DNA of 18,174 nucleotides from Promethearchaeota archaeon Loki_b31 (GTDB lineage: Archaea; Asgardarchaeota; Lokiarchaeia; Sigyniarchaeales; SOKP01), in assembly GCA_005222975.1 (NCBI GenBank), contig NJBI01000061.1, positions 1-18,174 on the forward strand. Reading direction: 5' to 3'. The notes under the pieces are model-generated. The model made no database searches. It was not told the origin of the DNA and saw only the letters and a program-made list of their open reading frames with translations. The position numbers and the translations under genes were made by a program. The first letter of the stretch is position 1, and every line of letters begins with the position of its first letter. Below are positions 1 through 7,713 of this stretch, in pieces.

Positions 1-120
1 TGGCTCAATAAACGCGTGAAAGCGCCATTTAAAGCAAGTTTGAATCGACAAGGTCTCGATCACATTGTAAATCGCTTGCAATTACAGCTTGGATGCGAAG
101 TGCGCAATTTTATTAATTAA
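1..120 (+). CDS. 3' end of a hypothetical protein, truncated by the window edge
   Basis: Frame 1 is open from base 1 (WLNKRVKAPFKASLNRQGLDHIVNRLQLQLGCEVRNFIN) to TAA at 118-120. It is more GC-rich than the AT-rich intergenic stretch that follows. No family recognised. Confidence 0.55.
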   Translation, partial: WLNKRVKAPFKASLNRQGLDHIVNRLQLQLGCEVRNFIN

Positions 121-180
121 GAAAAAAATATTTATATATACACAAGATTTAGGAATTAATCTTGAAAGGGTAAAAATAAA

Positions 181-194
181 AAAAAATTTATAAT
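181..194 (+). promoter_or_regulatory. Putative archaeal BRE/TATA promoter for the L22e-citG-TFS cluster
   Basis: A purine run followed by TTTATAAT (187-194) lies about 30 nt upstream of ATG 226. The background is very AT-rich, so specificity is low. Confidence 0.35.
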
Positions 195-225
195 ATCATT
201 AATTATCATATTGAGTGATTAGAAT

Positions 226-537
226 ATGAGTAAAGTTGATACTAAAGAAATAATTATAAATATAAAAGACTTAAGTATTGAAAAAGAACAATATGTGGAC
301 GATTTATTAAGATTTCTAGAGGAACAATTACCACAAATTGAACTATCTCGCAATGGAAACGAATTAGAAATAGTAATGCCCCTCAAATTGTCAAAGAGAG
401 CAATTAAATTAAGACTAAAAAAATTTCTGTATCGTAAAAAACTAAATGAAAAATATCGACCAATCTCATATAACACATCAAAGAGCCAAGGTTATATGAT
501 AAAAGAAAAAAAAGTTCTAGAATTAACTTATTATTAA
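226..537 (+). CDS. rpl22e: Ribosomal protein L22e (eL22)-like
   Basis: 103-aa basic protein. LSKRAIKLRLKKFLYRKKLNEKYRPIS...GYMIK resembles the eL22 signature FSKRYLKYLTKKYLKK...LR...YEL. eL22 homologues are known from Lokiarchaeia. Confidence 0.8.
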   Translation: MSKVDTKEIIINIKDLSIEKEQYVDDLLRFLEEQLPQIELSRNGNELEIVMPLKLSKRAIKLRLKKFLYRKKLNEKYRPISYNTSKSQGYMIKEKKVLELTYY

Positions 538-584
538 TTTACTTTTAAAAAACTATTTTAATTTTTAAAATTAATATCTTAAAT

Positions 585-1547
585 GTGCCTATAAAAGCAA
601 TCGTTACCCAATCAGTTGATGATTTAGTAAGGTGTATAAATCTTTCGAGCTTGTTGGAGTTATCTGGGTGGCCTAAACCGGGAAATGTCCATAGAACTAA
701 AAATTTTCCAAATACAAGATTTGAACACTTTTTAGCGGGTATTGCAGCAATCCAACCAAATTTTAAGGGTTTTTGTGAAACAGTATATAACTCTGTAAAA
801 AGTGAAAAAGAAAGTTTTAGTTCTATTGAATTAGGTCTTTTTTTTAAGGAATCAGCTAATCAAATGATGAAGTGGCAGTCTGGAGGAAATGTCTTACTGG
901 GACACATTCTTATCTTAGCTCCATTAGCAGCAGCAGCTACAATTTGTTTAAAATTAAATATGAAAAAGATCGAAAATTTCGAATCTATAATTAAAAAGGT
1001 TATCGAAGATGCTACAGTTAAAGATACGGTGAATTTATACGACGCTATAAAAATATGTAATCCAGGTGGACTAGGTAACATTGAAAAGTATGATATTAAC
1101 GATGAAAAGTCATATAAGGATATTATTAATGATAATATAAATCTTAAAAAAATATTTGAACTATCAAAAGAATATGATTTAATAAGCAACGAGTATGCTA
1201 GTGGCTTCAATACTATATTAAAAGAAGGCTTACCATATTTTTTTGATACTTATGATAAATGTAAAGACATAAATAGCACAATTGTCGATACATATTTAAA
1301 ACTACTGAGCACGCATTTAGATACCTTAATTATTCGGAAAGCGGGTAAGGAAGCTGCGTTGAATGTCTCAAAAATAGCTTCAGATATTATAAAATATGGA
1401 GGTATCACTACTAAAAAAGGATTAAATTTAACAGTTAAATTTGATAAAGAATTGCATAAACAAAACGGAAAACTAAACCCAGGTACCATAGCTGATCTAG
1501 TTGCGGGAACAATATTTTGTGTTTTAATATTTGGTTTAAAATTTTAA
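585..1547 (+). CDS. citG: CitG-family triphosphoribosyl-dephospho-CoA synthase-like protein (archaeal type)
   Basis: Motifs LLELSGWPKPGNVHR, GGNVLLG, DTLIIRKAG and LNPGTIADL are typical of the CitG family. GTG start. Confidence 0.85.
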   Translation: MPIKAIVTQSVDDLVRCINLSSLLELSGWPKPGNVHRTKNFPNTRFEHFLAGIAAIQPNFKGFCETVYNSVKSEKESFSSIELGLFFKESANQMMKWQSGGNVLLGHILILAPLAAAATICLKLNMKKIENFESIIKKVIEDATVKDTVNLYDAIKICNPGGLGNIEKYDINDEKSYKDIINDNINLKKIFELSKEYDLISNEYASGFNTILKEGLPYFFDTYDKCKDINSTIVDTYLKLLSTHLDTLIIRKAGKEAALNVSKIASDIIKYGGITTKKGLNLTVKFDKELHKQNGKLNPGTIADLVAGTIFCVLIFGLKF

Positions 1548-1592
1548 GAAAAAAAATTAATAATATCTTATTAGAAAAGTAAGTTAATAGGA

Positions 1593-1955
1593 GTGATTAT
1601 ATTGGAATTTTGCGATGAATGTGGAGGGAGAATGATGCTCCCCTCAACGGTAAACGGTAAAAAAGTATTTAAGTGTAAGTGTGGTGCGACAAAACCTATT
1701 ACTGAGGAAAAATCTAATTCATATAGAATAAAAACTAAAATAGAACATTCTATTAGAGAGGAAATATCAAATCTAACCGAATTTATGAAGTGGAAAGAAG
1801 AAAATTTAAGAAGCTCTATTAAAGATTTTAAATGTCGAAGATGTGGTTACGATAAAGCTCATTTAGAAACTAGGCAAACAAGAAGTGCGGATGAGGGGAT
1901 GACGCATTTTATAACTTGCCTAAAATGTGGTAAAATGATAAAGATTGGAAGCTGA
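1593..1955 (+). CDS. tfs: Transcription factor S (TFS/RpoM, TFIIS-type cleavage factor)
   Basis: N-terminal Zn ribbon FCDECG...CKCG and C-terminal CRRCG...QTRSADEGMTHFITCLKCG with an intact acidic hairpin (SADE). Confidence 0.92.
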   Translation: MIILEFCDECGGRMMLPSTVNGKKVFKCKCGATKPITEEKSNSYRIKTKIEHSIREEISNLTEFMKWKEENLRSSIKDFKCRRCGYDKAHLETRQTRSADEGMTHFITCLKCGKMIKIGS

Positions 1956-1994
1956 ATTAACTTCAATAAATATCTTAAAGTTGAATTTTCCGAT

Positions 1995-2300
1995 TTAATT
2001 GAAAATTCTGTTTATTATATCTGATTCTACGATATTTTCAGAAAAGCTAACCTGTAATATTTTATCTGCTTTCTTTAAACCTGCGATTATCTGAACCTGA
2101 TCTGAAGACACTTTTAGTTTCTTTTTTATTAAATTTAACAGTTCTCTATTAGCTTTGTTTTGAATGGGTTTCGAACGAAGTAATATTGTTAAGTTATAGT
2201 CGGTTTCAGAACATCGTAAAATTTCTCGTTTTTTAGAATTCGTTTTTACCCTTATCCCCAATAAATACAAATTGTTCGATTTTATTTTAATAAAATCCAT
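1995..2300 (-). CDS. DUF167 (YggU/UPF0235) family protein
   Basis: IRVKTNSKKREI...SKPIQNKANRELL...VQIIAGLKKADK matches the DUF167 pattern (V+P...P..G+AN.EL...I..G..SR.K). Confidence 0.8.
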   Translation of the reverse strand: MDFIKIKSNNLYLLGIRVKTNSKKREILRCSETDYNLTILLRSKPIQNKANRELLNLIKKKLKVSSDQVQIIAGLKKADKILQVSFSENIVESDIINRIFN

Positions 2301-2321
2301 AATAAATTACTTTTTTTTAAG

Positions 2322-3707
2322 TTAAATGAGCTTATCTATCCTTTGTTTTAGTATATTAAACGAGGGAATGGATAATCTAATTCCGCCAGCTAATTTATGG
2401 CCTCCGCCAGTTCCTCCAAGATTCTCTTTAATTAGACTAATAACTTTATTTACGCCCAATTCATTATTTTCTAAATATTTCCTGGAGCATCTAATGCTTA
2501 GTTTTACCATTTGAGACTTTTTTTCAAAACCTCCTAAAAACAACATTTTATTTGGCTTTAACAACCCGTTTACGGTAGTAAAACTTGCCGTATCGGACCA
2601 ATTACTTGGAGGGATTGGACTATTTCCGGCATCTATAAAAATTGCTTTTTCCGTTTCATAGCGAGGTAAATCTTCTGATAGTATTTTCATATTTTTAACT
2701 AAACTACTTACATATTCAAAGTAGATTTCTTTAGCATAACGTGTTATTGTTCTTTGCTGTATAATTGAAAGTGCCGCGCTTATATTTTTAAAAGACAAGA
2801 TATTTAGTAGTAGAGCGTGTTCAAAAGCAAATTTTAATAAGCCTTGTTTTTGAGGCAATAAAGCAAAATGGCCGGAATTTAAATTAGTATTATCTATAAT
2901 TTTTTGAATTTCAGTTTTATCTAAATCAACAACTTTTTTATTTGGATTTATTTGCAATTTGTTTAGAAATGATTTAATCTTTTGATCATTCTCACCGCCA
3001 AATCCATTTAAAAAAGGTAAAATACTAAATTTTAAACCGTTTTTTATGGAATCGTGCATGCTTCCGAACAGAATTAATCCTTCTTCATCATAAATAACTT
3101 CTTCATCAACCAACTCTTGGTATATCTCCTTATTGAACGATTGAAGCTTTTCCATTGACTTCAATGAATCGCCAGCTATTCCAATAACCGCTAACCAGCC
3201 TTGTTTTATTGTAGCAAAATTAATCTTTTTTGCAAACATATAAGCTAAAGTAGCCCCGGATATATGATCAAGTCCGTCAAACCCAAAAATCGTAGGATTA
3301 ACAAAAAATAAATTTTCTGGAAGCATATCAAAATCTAAGTCACCATCTACTTCATGGTGGTCGAGGATGTAAAAATCTTCTTTTCTTTTCTTGATGATCG
3401 GGATGAGTTCTGTTAAATTGGAGCCAACATCTGTAAAAATTAATGCCGTCTTATTATTTTGTGCTTTAGGCAAAATTCCACTCAGATAATTTGCCCATGA
3501 CACAGATCGGTTATAAATAAAGTAATCGTAATTAAAGTTCATTTTATGAAGCAGATTTTGAATAATTTGTAAGCTGCTAATGCCATCTGCGTCATTATGT
3601 GAAATCGCAATGACATTGTTGTAAAGGTTACGAGAATTATCTTCAAAAAAATCTGCAGCAGTATTAAGCTTTTCTAAAAAATTTTTTCGATCTGGTTTTT
3701 GAACCAT
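2322..3707 (-). CDS. DHH-family phosphoesterase, archaeal RecJ/Cdc45-like, with DHHA1 domain
   Basis: Motifs ISHNDADG, TDVG, LDHH, VNP, SGA, GDS and C-terminal SIRC...GGGHKLAGG. Confidence 0.88.
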   Translation of the reverse strand: MVQKPDRKNFLEKLNTAADFFEDNSRNLYNNVIAISHNDADGISSLQIIQNLLHKMNFNYDYFIYNRSVSWANYLSGILPKAQNNKTALIFTDVGSNLTELIPIIKKRKEDFYILDHHEVDGDLDFDMLPENLFFVNPTIFGFDGLDHISGATLAYMFAKKINFATIKQGWLAVIGIAGDSLKSMEKLQSFNKEIYQELVDEEVIYDEEGLILFGSMHDSIKNGLKFSILPFLNGFGGENDQKIKSFLNKLQINPNKKVVDLDKTEIQKIIDNTNLNSGHFALLPQKQGLLKFAFEHALLLNILSFKNISAALSIIQQRTITRYAKEIYFEYVSSLVKNMKILSEDLPRYETEKAIFIDAGNSPIPPSNWSDTASFTTVNGLLKPNKMLFLGGFEKKSQMVKLSIRCSRKYLENNELGVNKVISLIKENLGGTGGGHKLAGGIRLSIPSFNILKQRIDKLI

Positions 3708-3937
3708 TTATATCATTTTTTAATATATTCAAAAATTACTTAAACTAATATGGAATGGAATAAAAAACATAGTCCTTTTGGGCGTATTAATATACCTTTA
3801 AAAGGTGTTATAAATAAGTAAAAATAAATTCTATAAATATATTTGTATCATGGAAATTGAAGTAAAAATTAAAAATTTAAGAAAAATTAATTAATTTTAT
3901 TTAATTTTTTGTTACATAATTATTTTTTGAAGTAATA

Positions 3938-5656
3938 ATGATGAACACCAATTACAGGAAATTTCTCATAGTTCTTTTTGTAGTCTTAAGTTCTCTAATT
4001 CCACTAATCTTTATGGATGATCTCTTCAATTATAACTCTTTGGATCGTGAAATTTTTAACACAAACATCGATCCGAAGATACAAGTCTTCTCCAAAGACG
4101 ATTATACCCCAATTCTTAATGATCCAGAGCAAGGCCTTGGGAACATTACAATTACTAACCTTACTTTTAATGAAGAAGGTATTTTTAATCGATCAGATAA
4201 ATATCCTAACCTCGTCGATGACCTAATTACTGGAGCGTTAAATATTTCCTATTTAGGAACGGAATATATGCAAACTAATGAAATAGCACAGTTCAATAAT
4301 CTTGATAAGTCTTTACTAGAATCAGATGAAATAACGGTATTGATAAATGAGTCGATTAGCGTTCAGTATAATAGTTCTATAGGGGGATCGGAAGGGTATT
4401 TAATTTATAGTCCAAGATTGATTCTAAGCGTTCTCAAACAAGTACGTGTACAAAATGAATCTTCTTCGATCATTGAAGAATTAAGCGAAGATGAATACTC
4501 CCTTGATGCTGATGATTATTTAATCTTCGATTATCAAAACTACTTCCAGGACCCAGATAATTTTCACAATTTTTCTATGTATTTAATTTTTGAATATAAA
4601 TTGACCGCTTTTGGATGGGAATTAGATCAAGACCCAAAAAATATCTTAACATTAACACAACAGCAACAGACTTTTAGCCCTTCATTTTATTATAATTTTA
4701 CGCTAACCGGATTAAAGAGTTCGGATAATCTAACGATTTCTTTTCTGCCAGCGGATAATCTCGTTGTAGAATTAATCGTCAATCCGCTTGATAAGAATCT
4801 ATTTTACGATCAACAATTAAAAATCAACGATACAGTAGTTAATGACTTTTTAGAACAAGATAATTTAATAAATGTTACAATCTCAGCTGACGCTAAATTA
4901 TTTTCTTTAACATTTAAAACGAATTTCACCCTTAAATTTGAAAATTCCGTTGATTATAGCTGGGCTATTGATAGATTAATCGAAGGTAGAAATGTAAGGG
5001 AAAGAATATACTTTCCTTCTTTAATATCTGGACCAAAACATATTTATTTAAAAAATGCAACTTTAGTTGATAGCACCATTACTATAAATCAAGTTATCAG
5101 TAATAGTTCTTTATTTGATAGACCTGTTAATTACTTTGACGTCATAGTGTCCATTACTCAAGCATCAATTGAGTATAGCTTAATCTTTACTGAAAATGCC
5201 GTAAAAAGGAAGGGATTGAGAATAACGATCCCTTATCTCATTGTTGGTGAAACTAACCCGTTTTTGTTAAAATATGATGCTACAAACGATCTCAAAATTG
5301 TTATTACCGATACCATACGCATGCCTTTAATTGGTTATAGAATAGAATTATTTTATTTTGGAAAAGTATTTGGAACTTATATCTCAAATGATTTAACTCA
5401 ACCTATGGCACCTGCATATTCGAATGAAAATGGAGAGATTATAATTGAGAATGTTCCTAATGGAAACTACACAATTAAAATTTATCAAGACAATGTAATG
5501 ATAATGGACTCTTTAATAAATACATTTACCGAAGTTAATTATATAAGAACAAATGTACCATATTTCCCACTTTGGATTCTTATATTTGGATGTATAAACG
5601 GTGCTTTGATACTTATAGGTTTAATCATTTATTTTAATCATAAGAGACGATCTTAA
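3938..5656 (+). CDS. Secreted, C-terminally membrane-anchored putative surface glycoprotein
   Basis: N-terminal hydrophobic signal (KFLIVLFVVLSSLIPLIF), C-terminal TM helix followed by a basic tail (HKRRS), many N-X-S/T sequons, and a carboxypeptidase-regulatory-like beta domain (SNENGEIIIENVPNGNYTIKI). Confidence 0.75.
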   Translation: MMNTNYRKFLIVLFVVLSSLIPLIFMDDLFNYNSLDREIFNTNIDPKIQVFSKDDYTPILNDPEQGLGNITITNLTFNEEGIFNRSDKYPNLVDDLITGALNISYLGTEYMQTNEIAQFNNLDKSLLESDEITVLINESISVQYNSSIGGSEGYLIYSPRLILSVLKQVRVQNESSSIIEELSEDEYSLDADDYLIFDYQNYFQDPDNFHNFSMYLIFEYKLTAFGWELDQDPKNILTLTQQQQTFSPSFYYNFTLTGLKSSDNLTISFLPADNLVVELIVNPLDKNLFYDQQLKINDTVVNDFLEQDNLINVTISADAKLFSLTFKTNFTLKFENSVDYSWAIDRLIEGRNVRERIYFPSLISGPKHIYLKNATLVDSTITINQVISNSSLFDRPVNYFDVIVSITQASIEYSLIFTENAVKRKGLRITIPYLIVGETNPFLLKYDATNDLKIVITDTIRMPLIGYRIELFYFGKVFGTYISNDLTQPMAPAYSNENGEIIIENVPNGNYTIKIYQDNVMIMDSLINTFTEVNYIRTNVPYFPLWILIFGCINGALILIGLIIYFNHKRRS

Positions 5657-5662
5657 AACAAA

Positions 5663-5992
5663 TTGATTGTAATTTTCATTGATGATATTGAAAATTTCTT
5701 AAGCTTTTTAGACAAGCGAATAATGGATGAGGTTTTCTACGAATTTAAAGAGATTAAAAACGATACAGATTTATCATTAGACGTTAAGATTGAAGTAGTT
5801 CTTCACTTTCTTGCTAAAGCTAAGGACACATTAATCCTCTACGAAACTAAACAAATAATCACGAAACCAATAAGTTCTAATAATGATTCTAACGTAATTG
5901 ATACTTTACAAAAAATATTTGATAAAGTAGACACATCAATAAGATTTATAAAAGGAAAAATTCGTGAAATTTTTCTTTCTTATTCTCCATAA
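5663..5992 (+). CDS. Hypothetical protein
   Basis: 109-aa ORF with TTG start, 6 nt after the previous stop. It fills the gap to the convergent aIF2-gamma stop. Confidence 0.65.
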   Translation: MIVIFIDDIENFLSFLDKRIMDEVFYEFKEIKNDTDLSLDVKIEVVLHFLAKAKDTLILYETKQIITKPISSNNDSNVIDTLQKIFDKVDTSIRFIKGKIREIFLSYSP

Positions 5993-6013
5993 ATAATATA
6001 AAGATGATTGTTT

Positions 6014-7602
6014 TCACTGATTTTGATTAAAAAGTCTACCATATCCTATTAATCGGTAACGTCTATTAATAATTCTAGAAATCGCAAATATTGAATTCTC
6101 AGGAGGGCAAATAGGTGGATTTAAATTGAGAATATAAGAGTTTTTTAAAATCTTTGTAACAGTTCCTGCTGTTTTTTCAGTACCAACAACTAATAAGAGC
6201 TTTTCGTTATGTTTAAGTTGTTGAACCCTTATTTGCATTTCAGAACCAATTACTTTTTCTAAAAGGTTGACTTTTAACTCTACTTGTGAAATAATTTCGG
6301 GTAATGTGTTAGTTTTGCCAACCAAATGCCCTATCAGAGAGTCTCCCCTTGTCAAGGCGGGATCTAATTTTGTCCCTAATCCAATTAAACCACCGAGATT
6401 AGCTTCTTCTAAAAGATTATCCCCTTGGCTAATACTTACTATTTCAGTTCTAATTGGTATAAAATCGTTCTTAACTCGAAGACCCGGCCTAATTTCGATT
6501 TCTTCACCAACTTTAATTTTACCTTTTAATACGGATCCTCCTATAACTCCGCCTCTTAATTTATTGATTTCTGTGCCTGGGCGATTTATGTCAAAAGATC
6601 TAGCAACTAAGAATTGAAATTCTTCTCCTTCACGAACTTTAGGAGAAGGTATTATTTCTTCGAACGCTCGAACTATCAGATTGATATTAACGCCAAAAAC
6701 TGCGGAAACAGGTATAATTGGAGCGTTTTCGGCAATGGAATCTTTTACAAACGCTTTGATTTGCTTATAATTTTCGTACGCTTGCTCTTTTGACACCGCA
6801 TCAATTTTATTTTGGATGATAATAATGTTCTCGATTCCCGCAATATTCAATGCGGCTAAATGTTCTCTCGTTTGTGGTTGGGGACAAACTTCATCAGCGG
6901 CAATTAGTAAACACGCGCCATTCATTAAAAAAGCTCCACTTAGCATAGTAGCCATTAAGATTTCATGGCCAGGAGCATCGACGAAGGAAATATTTCTTCT
7001 AAACTCTAAATTTTTTTTACAGTTGGGGCAAACAAATCTTGGTTGACCTTTTTTTCTAGCCGCTTCTGCCATATGATACGTAAGATATTCATCGCATTCA
7101 GGGCAGTATAGAATAGTCGCATTTGAGTATCCTAATTTTATCGAAATCCCTCTCTCTATTTCCTCAGAATGTCTATCCGTCCAATCGCCCGTTAAGGTCT
7201 TAACTAGTGTAGTCTTTATAGGAAATGCCGAAATGGCTAGATCATTCCATGGTCTACATGGCCCACTAGTCCGATATTACACTCTGCTTGTTTTTTTATT
7301 AGTTCTTTAAGGTTTGTGCTTTTTTTTGGCTTTACCTTTTTTGTTGGTTCTGCTTTTTTGGCGGGTTTCTCTTTTACATCCAATTTTAAAGTTTCTACTT
7401 CTGACGATTTCTCCTTCAGTAATAAGCCTGCACTTTCAATGAATTTCAACGCTGTTGCTTTACCAATACCTTTGATTTTTAGTTTCACAATATCCTCTGG
7501 TTTAGACGAAGCTAATTTTTCAACAGAATTAATGCCTGCTTGTTTAATTTTTTTAGCTGTTTCTGATCCGATGCCTTTTACATCCTCTAATTGATTAACC
7601 AT
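6014..7602 (-). CDS. eif2g: Translation initiation factor aIF2/eIF2 gamma with N-terminal HhH extension; two exons join(7245..7602, 6014..7215), 519 aa after removal of a 29-nt intron
   Basis: Exon 1 ends NIGLVGHVDHG. Exon 2 continues KTTLVKTLTGDWTDRHSEEIERGISIKLGY, Zn ribbon CPEC...CPNC, DAPGHE, QPQTREH, NKID, PVSA, RSFDINRPG, GGVIGGS, RYRLIGYG. Exon lengths are 358+1202=1560 nt = 520 codons. The ORF track splits the gene into 7237..7602 and 6014..7072. Confidence 0.93.
7216..7244 (-). other. Candidate 29-nt bulge-helix-bulge mRNA intron in aIF2-gamma
   Basis: mRNA-sense sequence UGAUCUAGCCAUUUCGGCAUUUCCUAUAA. Central 4-bp helix AUGG(7250-7247)/CUAU(7221-7218), with 3-nt bulges AAU(7246-7244) and AAA(7217-7215). 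Cleavage after the 2nd nt of each bulge gives CAU GGA A|AG ACU ACA = HGKTT. Confidence 0.82.
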
Positions 7603-7713
7603 AATAGATTAATTATTTCATTATAATTATTTATTACTAATCTTTTCTTAATTTTATTAATTCTCTTTAGAAAAATTAGAAAAAAAATAACTACTCTTTT
7701 TTAATCGTTAATA

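Noticed and set aside
7216-7244. Spliceosomal, group I or group II intron
   Set aside because: No GT...AG ends under any equivalent boundary placement, and far too short for a self-splicing ribozyme.
6014-7602. eif2g as a pseudogene, a programmed frameshift, or two independent genes
   Set aside because: All GTPase motifs are intact. A frameshift would leave about 10 extra residues inside the P-loop, and the downstream ORF alone lacks G1 and G2. Precise removal of 29 nt at BHB positions explains the sequence.
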